Shown: positions 37,101 through 63,211 of the stretch, piece by piece | Layout of the letters: each line of letters begins with the position of its first letter | Position numbering within the stretch: the stretch's first letter is position 1 | NCBI GenBank assembly: GCA_002633005.1 | Contig: NMRA01000214.1 | Span: 203,579 to 267,578 of the forward strand | Direction of reading: 5' to 3' | Length of the DNA: 64,000 bases | Origin: Phoronis australis | Lineage: Eukaryota; Animalia; Phoronida | Notes under the pieces: model-generated | What the model saw: only the letters and a program-made list of their open reading frames with translations | The model's database searches: none | Told to the model about the DNA's origin: nothing | Program-made: the position numbers and the translations under genes

Positions 37101-40100
37101 CTGGATTCGGAAATTTCCTTGTCACAGTAGTTTTGGTTTAAGCATTCAGTTCGAATTGAGAGATAACACATATGACTGAAATGAAGCAGTCAAATTTTGG
37201 TAGGGTTCGCCAGCCATATGATTTTCCGAAGCCCTTTTCAATTTGTAAATGTTTTTCCTGGCGACGAAATTTTGAGACCAATTTTGCAAGTTTCATACTA
37301 TCAGACAGGAAATGTAGTTTTAATGTAACATGAGACCCTATTGACTTTTGCATTTAGCCAGGTATCTGCAAAACTAGAATTTATCTATAGCATACATGTA
37401 TTTTCTTGAAATAGAAGGTCCGTAGAATTATACTTTTGACTTTTGCCAAACTGCTATCAGCTGGTTCACGTGGCAATGTCTTTTCACTAAAATTTACAAA
37501 AAAAGAAAGGTGAATTCTTTGTTAGCAAAATAACGGTCTGTAGCAATAACTTGATTTACCAAATGGTGGTTTTTGTAAATGTTTAAGAGGAAATCTTAAA
37601 AACACAGTTTGTAAATTATCTTTTCTTTTCGTATTTTGCAACTGTATAAAAGTCACAATTTTTGATATCCTCTCATACCAACATGGAGCATTTTAAAATC
37701 TATTCCTATCACAGTTTTGCAGAACAATGCATAAATTACAGTACTGGGAAGTTTTATTGGAATTCGATTGGTCATCTTTGTGTTATGGTGTTCCCGATGT
37801 TAGCCATCTTTGGAATTTTGCCAGGGTCTTGCCTAACCTTAATGGCATAGGCCCAGACTTTAATGTGTTTGATAAACTTATAAGCACACAAAACTTGTAT
37901 TCAAGAGTACATCCCTTCAGCTTGCTACTTTTATCGTCACTCCAGTACACTGGTATCAAACAAACTGCTGACGTCACACACAGACCAAGCTGAAGACAAT
38001 TCCAGACTGTAGTCATTGTTGCTATAGCTGCTACAGACTCAAAGCGACTAATCAAATTTGTTGTCTGTTTATGATGTCATGTGGCACGAATCTACTACGT
38101 TGTATATTTAAAAGGATACCAAACCTTGTTTCGATCTTTTAACAGATACTAAAATGTCTTCCTCCTCCATTTTTTTTTTTGAAACAAAATAATGTCCTGT
38201 AACCATCGGCATCCCTCAACAGTTAGAAGAAAAATTTGAAAACTTAAAAGTTTGCTGATTGGGCAAGCGTGACCTACGCTTGAGGCAACTCAAGGAATGG
38301 CTGCCCATCAAGAACTGGAATATCAAACGTGTGTCACGGAGAGTATGGGCTTTGAGTTGCCACTGAAATAAGACACCGAGGATGCATTTGCTGGTGACAG
38401 AAGAGGATTTGTTGAAATCATGGCACAAGGGTTTAGTGTCCTTTTTATAAAAGAATGCGTTGCTGGTGAGCTATCATGTTGGTCTCTGAGAAGGTTTGTC
38501 TATGTATCATGTATGTGACTTTAGGGTTCACAATTTAAGGATGTTTAACCATGCTTGTACTAAACCGTGTTAAGATCATTTCAACCAATCCTCGTTGTGT
38601 CATCTACTAATGCATCATTGGTGTCAATCTTGTAAGTAGGAATCGACTAAACATTCTTACTCCCCATGTCATATATTGAATATTATAGTTCTTGCTGGAT
38701 GGTCTTTACCCACCGTTGCCATGTAATTCGCTAAGTGCATAGGTCACACTTGCTCGTATCAGGGCTTGGAATTTTCCGCTTTTTTCAAATGTTCTGTCCG
38801 CGTATTTTATTATATTTCCACGTAAAAAAAATGGGATTTGATATAAAATTTTCGTGGCAAATTTCTTATTGCGGCGTTGCCGACGACTTTCACCTCGAAA
38901 AATGGAAGTTGGTCTTTATGTTTCGAAGGAATGTAATTTGTCATCAGTGCCGGGGCACCTGGGATAGCACGGTTTTCTTCAATGGCGTCTCGTGAGATTG
39001 TAAATCGCGGTGACAAATGCCATGACTCTGCAGCCAAAAATGTTTGGAGGTGGGAGTGGACGGACGAGCTAAAAAGACGGAGATGCATGCTTTTGGAGGT
39101 GGTCTTTTTTTAGTCCTCCCGATGTTTTGTCGGCAAAAGGTCCACATCAACAAAAATTCGAGCCCCCCCCATTTTCAAGGCTGGCTGCGCGCATGTTCAT
39201 AGCCATAAAAATTTCCACTTTTTTTGTCATGGGTCATTCCAAGCCCTGCCGTATAGCAGACCTTGAAATGAGTTTTCAGATTTTTCTACAAACTTTTGAG
39301 GGTTGTCGAGTGTTACAAAGTATCGTTTTGTTTTAAAGCGGTGGATGGGGAATTCTTCGTCGATCTCTGCTATTAGGCAAAAACTGGGTGTGCTATCCTT
39401 TTAAGTATTTGGACTTTTTTCTTTCCAGCGAACTGAACCCATTATTTGAAGGAGGCTTACAGCATGATGCCCACGAGCTGCTCTGTTGTCTGCAGAACGC
39501 CGTCCAAGATGCACACACTGAACTAAGGAAGTACACCACCACTGAATTAAAACCAACGAAGAACACGACAGCTGCATCGGACAAGAAGCAGAGGTCTCTC
39601 ATGAGTTTTTTTTCAGCTGTGAAACAGGAAGCCTTTGTCGAATCCCCGCCATCAAGTAATGAGAGCTTGCTGATGTCGCCTGAATCGGGTCGGAGACTGA
39701 GGAAATTTCTGCCATTGTCAAAATCCCCTTCAAACTCAGATCATCAGGCAACCACTTACCCTCCTAATAAAGTTACCAACTACGGAACTGAGGCGTCACC
39801 TTGTCTTAAAGAGAATACAACTACGCAGAATGGTGTTGGTTTGACTCTAGATTGTAAGTTGTCTGCAAAATTTTCCCCCAAGTCTAAAATATTTAGCATT
39901 GATGAGGTGAAAGATCAGTTGTTTGGCACAAATAAAGAAAACGGTTTCGCCTCCAGAAAGGAGGCAACACTGAAGAAATCCATGGGGGACTCATTCAGTG
40001 GCTCACTAGATAAAGATAGAACTCCCCGTAAAGAGGTCAACCCAAGTCAGCACAGTCAAACACCCACACCAAAGAAACGTCTGAGCATTTCTGACGTTAT

Positions 40101-43100
40101 TCAGGAGCTGGATGGTAAACGCCGGGAAGATTTCAACACTTTCCAGAGCCGCAATGGGAACGTATCGGGTGATGAGTCGGACAGGTCAGCTTCCGGAGGT
40201 GAACACGAGGTTAAAAGACAAAAACTGTCGCCAATTGCAAATGGACATTTGAAGACTCAGCAAACTATCTTCACCGCCTTCGCCAAGAGTAGCAGTCTTA
40301 AAAGATTTGGCATGACTGCTAGCACAATTCGAATGCAACCAAAGAAAGATTTTGTGAACAAGAGTAAAGCCAACGGTGATGATCGGGAATCTAAGACAGT
40401 ATCGGCTCAGCCAAATCCTAACAACGTCCGTAAGAGCCTTAGAATGCCCAAGACGAGGGAACTGAAGGAGTTTGTGTATGAGGAGAACTCGCCTGCCAAA
40501 CTCAAATTATTGGGTCCTCTGTATGAAAGTGACGAAGACATACCACTGCCTAAATGCCAGTTGTCTCAACTGGACGACTCAGACTGTGAAAGCTATTACA
40601 AAAACAATAAAAAGAATGATGTGAGAGTAGGGTCGCGCATGGTCGAATGTGCTCTGGGCGAGGATGAACTGAAAAGGCTTGCACTAAGCAGCAGCAAAAC
40701 TGCCGTGGTCAAACTGGAGAAGTGTGACTCGCCATACTTCCGCAATAAGTGGCTGTGTCTGAGCTACCAGGGGACGCCAAAGAAGCAGTCGGTGGCTCCC
40801 CCTGTAGACACAATCAGCAAATCACGAGAGAAGCCAGCCGACAGCATCGAGAGGTTGTTTGAAGGTGTTCAGGTGTTGCGAACACGTTGCAGCGAGTGTG
40901 AGCACTTTACGGAGCGCGTTGAGGAGTATCAAGACATCTCCGTCGCCGTCCGGCCAGAAAAGGAAGAAGATGTGGCTGATGGTATGTAGGTGCAGATTGG
41001 TCGAAGGGTATAAACTAAGATTTTTTGGGCATTGGTTTAAAGAATCTTTGAATGTATTAAAGCTGTGTCCCAGCATAATGGTCACACTTGTTTTGAGCCC
41101 AGGATCTGCACAAAATCTCAATTTAACTAAAAACATAATGGGTTAAACACTGCTCTTATACACATCTTCCTACAGTACAGGACAAAGATGATCAGACTGG
41201 CTAAATACCGTTTTCCAGTCATGACGGCTAATTCTGTTAACGGCACAAATGACTGGTTATAACTGTTAGAGCAACAAACTTGTAATTATAAAATGGCATA
41301 ACAACCTCCTGTTAATTCCCCTTCATTCTTGGTCATCGGGGGAGACTACTGTGACGGTCATCAGGGGAGACTACTCTTACGATGAATTTGGCTTCTGCCC
41401 AGCCATTATGATAGGAATTATGGGTCATTTTATCTTAATACTTTTGGCTTCAATTGTATGTGCACAACACTTCTGAAATCAACAAAATAATGAAAATGTG
41501 TTCTTTTGAATATAGATGCGTGATCATTTCATCATGGTGGTGGCAGTGTTGTGTAATTATTAACTATTTACATTGCAGATGAGTCTCAGGAGGATGATAG
41601 CTCTTCATGGCTAACTAAACGTCTCAACCATGTGGAACGTCTTCGAGATGATAACAAGTATTACTGTGATAGGCAAGTAGGAAGTGGACGCTCCGTTGTG
41701 TTCACATACAGCAGCTTAGGGCCATGAATTTCTAGGAAATTTTTAAAGGGAAAATCCGTGATTTGGACACATGTCTAAAAGTCCCAGAATGTTCCTGACT
41801 GATGAGGGCTTGATGAGTCATACTCGGCATGTGTTGGTTATGTTCGGCCTTATAGACAAGTCTGTTCATTTATCCAAATGTCTACTATGAATGTAACTCA
41901 ACAATAGTATGTATTTTCTGAAATTTTAAATTCTGCCACTAATTGGGCCACGTGACCTTGTTTTTTTGAAAAATATAGCAAAAGATAAAGGTACGTTCAT
42001 AGCGAATCAACAGNGATGAGGTTTTAATTATGTGCAGTGCTTGTGACCTAGTTCTGAGTGAAATACCCTCCAACTTCAAGGGGGTAGACATTCCACAGCT
42101 CAGCCAGGCCACTAAGCAATTTATTCCATATGGTGCTCAGGGCCGAATGAGTTAATACTTTTGGCTTCTATTGTATGTGCACAACACTTCTGAAATCAAC
42201 AAAATAATGAAACTGTGTTCTTTTGAATATAGATGCGTGATCATTTCATCATGGTGGTGGCAGTGTTGTGTAATTATTAACTATTTACATTGCAGATGAG
42301 TCTCAGGAGGATGATAGCTCTTCATGGCTAACTAAACGTCTCAGCCATGTGGAACGTCTTCGAGATGATAACAAGTATTACTGTGATAGGCAAGTAGGAA
42401 GTGGACGCTCCGTTGTGTTCACATACAGCAGCTTAGGGCCATGAATTTCTAGGAAATTTTTAAAGGGAAAATCCGTGATTTGGACACATGTCTAAAAGTC
42501 CCAGAATGTTCCTGACTGATGAGGGCTTGATGAGTCATACTCGGCATGTGTTGGTTATGTTCGGCCTTATAGACAAGTCTGTTCATTTATCCAAATGTCT
42601 ACTATGAATGTAACTCAACAATAGTATGTATTTTCTGAAATTTTAAATTCTGCCACTAATTGGGCCACGTGACCTTGTTTTTTTGAAAAATATAGCAAAA
42701 GATAAAGGTACGTTCATAGCGAATCAACAGGATCGAATATTGTATGATATAAATCGATAAAATCTTAAAAATGCTGTCAGTTTTCCAAATTATTGCTACC
42801 TTTTCATTTTATGCAACTTGTAATTTTTTCGTAAAAAGTCCTATTTTTGATAACCCCTCATGCAAAAGTGGAAGATTTCAAAAACACGGTATTTTGTAGT
42901 TTAGTGTATGAAGCACATTATGTGAAAGTTTTACATGGATCCAATCAGTCGTTTCTGAGATATGACATTCCGAAGTAAACCAAATTTGGAAGTTTTGTTG
43001 GGTCCTACATAACCTTAAGTACCCTTAGTAAACCTTAAGTATTACTACTGTTATCAGTAGTATCATTCTTACACTCTTTACCTCTGAAATGAGTGTTAAA

Positions 43101-46100
43101 GTGGCAACAAATCCGTGCTTTCTATAAACGAAACGAGCGTTTTATTTAGATTTCCTACTGCTATAAACTCGTCTTAAATTATTCTTTTGTTAAATTGTTA
43201 GTGATGGTTTTGGCCAATAGATATTTCATTAACTTTGAGAGGTTTTATGGTACAGTCATGAAAATTTTGGTGAGTTCTCTCACCTTTCTTCAGAATTTGA
43301 GGCTGTGTTTCTTCGGATGTAGACAAAACCAAAGTACAACAAGACTGGTCACGGAAATATACATTTTGTCCATGACATCACAGGATTTTGAAATTCAAAG
43401 AAATTTTATAATGAATTTTCTTGTGATATGTCCACGCATAACAATCACGTTAGTTATCTTGAGATGTACATACAAAGTCTCACTTAAATGAAAAGTGTGG
43501 TTCTTCACTTATTTCACACACAATAAGTCAAATTGTATTTTTTCACAAAAATAAAAATGAAGAAAATTTTAATCTTACAATTGCATGGCTTGTGCTGTGT
43601 AGATGTCCCAAAACAATGTTTGGTAAAGTTTCTACAATTATTGCAAAATAATCAGCCTTCAAAAAATGACAATTTTGACGTTAACTTTTGTGTAAAATAA
43701 GTGAATAACTGTTATCTGTTGCCTGGTAACCTGATCAATCTTTCCAGGTGTGCTAGGTATGTGGAGGCAGAGCGGGCCGTGCTGTACAAAACTTTGCCAA
43801 AGATCGTCACCATACACCTGAAGCGGTTTGCTGCCATCTCTAGGTGAGTGGTGGAGTTACAACATGTGATGCATTAATAGATTTATAGATTTTATAATAC
43901 ATTTTTTTTGTAATTATGTTGCTGGACAAAGGTATACCCAGAACAGTTCCTAGATAGTTTGGAATATTGTTGACTGGATCACTTTAAATTCTATCTTGGC
44001 AGAAATTACTTGATTCATGTGCACATTGGAAAGTTAGGGTTTGCACTGTGGTACACCTGTATACAGGTTCTAAGAGGTAAATCTATTCCGTACGATCCGG
44101 CTTATTTAAGATCTTCTCTTTTGTAACTTGAACAAAGTTCCTTGGTACTGATTTTCTAGTTTGTACACTTGGCCCTTAAGACGAAATTGAATTCATCTTT
44201 CTCAGAAAAAATCTCTTGATGGAGCTGAATACTTTACTACTTAGTATAAATTTTACAATATCGACGGGGCACTTTTTCACTACTGTTTGGAAAGATCACA
44301 GTTTTTGTTGAGAAGTCTTCTATGCATCCATCAGCCACCACACCTGGTGTGGTTGTCAATAATATCCAAATGTGCTTTTGGTCAGTGACCCATTCTGGCA
44401 TCACATGGTCATGTGTTTCAGCCCATTTTCTTGCATGTGTGATAGTTTGTTGGCGTATGTCTGGTTGTTCGGGATCAGATGCCTTGCAAAAAAGTACAGC
44501 AACATTCCACAGATTTCCAAATGAGCCTGACGCGCTTGGACAGTGATTTGCAAAAAATAAAAAATGTGCTGTAAACCGCTGTTTATCTCCTCGTTTGTCT
44601 GTGCAATGGCCATTTGACATTTCAACTAAAAATAGCAATCGCTGCACTTAGATTGTCCTGGTGAGTTCTGGCGGGTCAATAGGGCATCCCACCTTGATTG
44701 GTTCTCGATGCCAACTTGATGTCGTAGTCGGTTGGCCTGGCAGAACTGGCAAAGTCAATCAATTACAGCTTATGACTAAAACCTGGGAAAGGGAAACGGG
44801 TAGCGCGACTAGTGGCGTTTTGGGGTGGAGTGTTCCTTTGACAGCCTTGTCATCAACTATTGTCACTTGTCATGTATTCCAGTGTGATGGGAACATTTGG
44901 CCTGACCAAGCTCAACGACTTTGTGTCTGTACCATTACAACTAGCCTGCTTCAGTTCTAAATGTGATCAGCCATGCACCAAACCAGCTCACCAGTAAGTA
45001 CAGTGCAAGCCAAATGTATTTAGACAAGACTTGTAATTCCTGGTCGTGACGGCTGAATTCTTTGTCAGAGTAGTTTTCTCTTTAGACTGAGAATGAAGGG
45101 TAATTAACAGGACAGTTAGGATGGTGGCTCAGTCATTCCGTAATTAATTTTTGTTGACCTAATAGTTATTGCCCGTAATTTTTGCTGTTTACACAATTGG
45201 CTTTCTTGATCGGGAAACGTTATTTTGTCTGATTACTGTAGATGGCAGATGGTAGTAACTTGTGAGTAAAATCTGTGAAACTTGATTCTGGAAAATAGGT
45301 TTGTCATTGGTCTCTAGAGGCATTGTAGTATAAAATGTTCACTTACTTAGAGACGTGGTTGGCTGTTAGCAGACGTTTCCACTTGGTCTGCCAGGTCTTT
45401 GTTGATGAATGAGGGATTTCCCGCGTTTCGCTCGTTAAGAATGCTGGAGTACACGGAGAGTAAGTAGAGTCCTCTGCCACGGTTCAAGAGGGGGCGCTGA
45501 TTGTTGATGTTTATGGCCTCTTTGAGCTTCTGGGTATGCCAATTTTGTTCCTTGGCTAGGATCCAGGATGACGCCAGAGAGATGGTATGCCCAGTCTCCA
45601 AAGTATGTTCCCCCACAGGTGTTGGTCTGTCTAGTTTCAGACTGATGTTCTTTGAATCTGGTAAGGGTCTCTTGGTTTCTCTTGCGCGAAACCCATCAAC
45701 ACCCTCCGTTCCCTACTAGTCAGACCCAAAGGCCCAATCCCGATGGCTAAAATTCACTTGTCCACATATTGTTTGCCAAATTGGTAAAGAAATAGGATAT
45801 TATCAATTCATACGCAGTTTTCGTTCTTACAGGTACGACTTGTATGGAGTGGTAATGCATGCAGGCCTATGCATATCATCAGGACATTACATGGCCTTCG
45901 TCAAAGTTCCAGAAACCGCAGAGCGTGTGAAAGAAACAGTAAAAAAAACACCTGACAGCGTTGTGCGTAAGAGCTCCAGACAACTTGTGAGTCCGAACAG
46001 AGAGGTGACGAATGGTGAAGAACCGGTGAAGAAAGGCATTGATCATGAGAATGACGAAAATGGGTCCGCACAACACCAACGCCCTCTTCTGTCTAGTCTA

Positions 46101-46253
46101 GCTGGCCAGTGGTTGGCTTGCGATGATGAAAATGTCTCTGTATTGACAGAGGAAGAGTTTGTGTCACAAGCATTGGGTCAAAGGTCGTACTCTGGAACAC
46201 CTTACTTGCTTTTCTATAAAGCTGGTCGTTCAGCTATGACTGAAACTGTTTGA
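34148..46253 (+). CDS. USP1: Ubiquitin carboxyl-terminal hydrolase 1 (USP1), about 965 aa. Exons 34148-34278, 34550-34776, 35463-35584, 36296-36438, 39429-40981, 41579-41672 (duplicate at 42296-42389), 43748-43843, 44883-44993, 45833-46253.
   Basis: All phases are compatible and the CDS sums to 2898 nt. Cys box GLENLGNTCYLNSILQVL; ELNPLFEGGLQHDAHELL; Zn ribbon RTRCSEC / KYYCDRC; IHLKRF; His box VVMHAGLCISSGHY; WLACDD; GTPYLLFY. N-terminal PSAKRPKLSLK resembles human USP1 SPSKKNRLSLK. Confidence 0.93.
35668..35841 (+). mobile_element. Penelope-like terminal repeat remnant with a hammerhead core
   Basis: CTGATGA (35748-35754)-TGTCTTATTGAATAAGAT-GAAAC (35773-35777)-GTTGAG. ATAACAAGTAT is directly repeated at 35668 and 35831. 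Confidence 0.5.
38760..39248. mobile_element. hAT-like MITE, copy 1 (nested in a Kolobok-like element, USP1 intron)
   Basis: TIR CAGGGCTTGGAAT...ATTCCAAGCCCTG; flanks TCGTAT / CCGTAT. Confidence 0.85.
41435..42730. repeat. About 580-bp direct duplication (41435-42013 and 42152-42730) containing a USP1 exon, separated by a single N; probably a haplotype-overlap assembly artefact
   Basis: Copies differ at only about three positions; copy 1 ends exactly at the N (42014). Confidence 0.85.
45347..45616 (-). mobile_element. Penelope-like element 3' fragment (C-terminal end of GIY-YIG endonuclease) in the last USP1 intron
   Basis: GEHTLETGHTISLASSWILAKEQNWHTQKLKEAININNQRPLLNRGRGLYL fits the PLE pattern EHxxxxGHxI...ILxxExxWxxRKxKEAIxI...LNRDxG. 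It is followed by a decayed hammerhead-like ...GAAACGTC. Confidence 0.8.
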
Positions 46254-46609
46254 ATCCTAAAGTTTGTAGACATTGCGTTTGAGAATAGAGTAAGAGCATT
46301 GATGACGATTGTTTAGTGATGAGTTTTCTGGATCACTTGAACTGACGATTATGAGCATGACTGTAGAATGTGACAAGTTGAGCTTTAGAAGTGCAATAAT
46401 TGTAGTCGTGAACTATCTTGATCGTAATAATCGTGAGAATCAAAGATGTCTAGTTTTGAACTGGAAATCTTGGGTAAGAAATATCCATTTTTCAGTGGTG
46501 ATGTTCATAAACTTGAGTGTATCGATAAATTTTAATAGACCTGAGAAAGTTCACAAATGTGACAGGGTGGTCATGCTACCTTGTATGCAGACTGGCAACT
46601 ATCACTTAT

Positions 46610-47114
46610 CAGGGCTTGGAATTTTCCGCGGAAACGCGGATTTCCGCTTTTTTGAAATGTGCTTTCCGCTTTTTTTATAATATTTCCGCGTAAAAAAATC
46701 GGATTTGATATGAAATTTCCGCGGCAAATTCCTTTCTTACCGCGGCGTTGCAGACGACGTTCACCTCGGAAAGCGGAAGTTGCTCTTTATGTTTCGGAGG
46801 AACGTAAATTGTCAACATTGCCGGGGCATCTGGGTAAAGCGTGGTGTGATTTTCAATGGGGGCTCGTGTTATTGTTAAGCGCGGCGACAAATACTACCGC
46901 TTTGCAGCCAAAATTGTGTGGGTTGGGAGTGGACGGGCGAGCTAAAAGGACGCAGACGCATGCTACTGATGGTGGTAACGTTTTTTTATTTTTTTAGTCC
47001 TCCCGATTTTTGTCGCGGAAAGGTTCACATTGACCATTTCAAAGGCTGGTTATCGGGCATGATTTGGGCCGTAAAAGTTTCCGCGTTTTTTGTCATTGGT
47101 CATTCCAAGCCCTG
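46610..47114. mobile_element. hAT-like MITE, copy 2 (downstream of the USP1 stop)
   Basis: Same TIRs, a perfect 6-bp direct repeat ACTTAT on both flanks, and high similarity to 38760-39248. Confidence 0.88.
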
Positions 47115-48982
47115 ACTTATAGGGTTCTAAGAATTTGAGAACCAGTTTGATGCCCGTTATTTAGTGGAGAAAGGTGGTTCTCAAAATGTAGGACCCTTGT
47201 GAGTGACCATTATCCCGGCTTCACTACTGTGTTCATGATTAGCCATTGGATTGGCTGTGAACATTTCTTCCATCACAAAAACATGGTTTAGATCACTTAC
47301 CTTTTACAAGTGATCTCAAACTGTTTCTTAGTCAAATTCTAGATAATTTCAGGGCTTCAAAAATGATTTTTTTTCATTGCTTGAAACCAGAGTCTTCAAG
47401 TGGGGTTAATACGGTGTGTCGTTTTATACGCTAAGCACGTTCTCACAGGCAATAATGAACTGTCACTTTTTTGCACACCCAGAAATCACTTCCTGTCCTA
47501 GTAAGGAACAAATAGAGACCAATTTTATAGCGGAAAGTGAGCATATCAAAAATTCGCTTCTTGGACTGAGAGTAGGGTTTGTAGTCACATTAATGGTGGA
47601 TCCCGAACTTCCAGCTGGCTAAAACTTCCATGCTTTCAAGATCTCTTAGTTTTCCTTGCTTCGTATGGGTATTTCTCAACTTCGCAAATCATTTTGCAGT
47701 TATTCTTGAGTTCAAAGCCAACGTGAGAAATAAAAAATTATGTCAAATGTTACTCTCTAAATTTTACGCACATACAGTGCATGGTATAAGTAATCGGACA
47801 ACAGTGACTGTTATGCTGGATAATGGGTTTGTCGCCTTTCTAACTCTCCCCTTCATTCTCGTTCATGCAGAATGGCTACTCAGACAATGAACTGGACTAT
47901 CACTCTGCCATCATGACATGCAATTCTGGGTCATTTTGTCTGAATATTTATGCCGTGTGTTGTGCCAGAGATGTAGAAAAAGTCACTGTGAGAGATGGCT
48001 TTGTTGTTATGGTTTCTAAGAAATGCTTTTATCACTTGTACCAGTGTGTAGCGATACTGTGTTACAGTGTGCCCAGTTTGCAATTGCTTGTTTATAATGT
48101 TTCGTTACACATTGTCCATTGAAGCCAAGTGTATTGTATACATAATTTGGCTTCACGGTGGCTAGACTAGATGAGTTTGGATTGCAACATCTGCTTATGT
48201 GATGACTCATATTAGTCCTTGGTCATGCACCATCCTTGAGAAGAGTGTCAAGAACGCTCTGCTCAAGACATTCAAGCTAAAGGTGCACAATCAGTTTTAG
48301 GGCTGAAAACACGTTTTTTTGTGGTATTGTTGGACAGAATAGAGTTTGTGAAGTGAACCAAAGCTATAATACAACAAAAAATATTTTGTGATTTTATTAC
48401 AAATGGCCAATTCTCGCCATTTGCTGCTGGTAATTTGCTGTAATCCAGAGTGGTGGCAATCAGCTAAATACACTTAAAGTACCCGACTGTGTATCAAGTG
48501 GGTTTAGCTCAGACTGCAACCACCATTGTCACTACTTTCTCATCGGTTATGCCATGTGGACCCCAAGGCATATTTGATCTTGGTTCCATTTTTGATGTGA
48601 TCATACTGCCTAACTGAGTAGATTGTTCTTTGTGAAGAATAGAGGCGAACCACATTTACAACAAACTTGGTTGATAACCAATACATCCATATCGCAAACC
48701 ACGTGTACCATAGAAAAATGGCTTTGGGTCAAGTGATTTTTGTTAGGAACATTTGTTTGCAAATTAAAGCTTCTGTAAGGGTTCGTTGTTGTGCAGTGAT
48801 AGCCATATGCATCAAAGTCCAAAACTTTCAATTTTTGTTAACAGTTTGGAGTGCTGATTTTGACTATAGTCTCCATCCCACGTTCAAATTGTACCACCGA
48901 CGAACATTTGTAATCTGTAGTTCAAGACCACTGTTAGTATAAGAATTATTAAAATTCTTAATTTATAAGTATGCCAAGTATA

Positions 48983-49022
48983 AATAAAATCTACTGAACA
49001 TTAAATAATACGTTATTTTATT
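48983..49022. terminator. Back-to-back polyadenylation signals: AATAAA on plus at 48983-48988 (USP1 side) and on minus at 49017-49022 (COPA)
   Basis: Both hexamers are visible; base composition appears to switch from T/G-rich to A/C-rich here. Confidence 0.5.
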
Positions 49023-49213
49023 CTATCAATTGCAATACATACCTTCTTAAAAGCATAACACTGTTCCATTACAAACTGTTGCAACTGAAGGCAATAGTTA
49101 ACTATCATATTCTAACGACAAGTCTTCCAACACAAAGATGAAGTAAAGAAACCACAGTGAATTTTTTAACAATGACGCTGTGCATGGAAAACCCAACAAA
49201 ATAACCACTAAAG

Positions 49214-49281
49214 TTATATGATGTGTTGCTTTAACTCTATAATGCCACTATATGATGTGTTGCTTTAACTCTATAATGCCA
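49214..49281. repeat. 34-bp perfect tandem duplication in the COPA 3' UTR region
   Basis: TATATGATGTGTTGCTTTAACTCTATAATGCCAC twice. Confidence 0.9.
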
Positions 49282-49465
49282 CATCCTTAGCACATTCTGA
49301 TGCCCACATAAGACAACTGGAGAGCACACAAATGCTCTATACGTTTCAGAATGTTACTCTTCCCAAGAATGTAAAGAATTAGAGGACAATGAAGTCTCAA
49401 GTACCATGTGATCTAGTAGAAGAATTGACTACAACTGGAAACAGTAATGCACACTCCCTCGTAGT

Positions 49466-63211
<13,746 letters not shown>

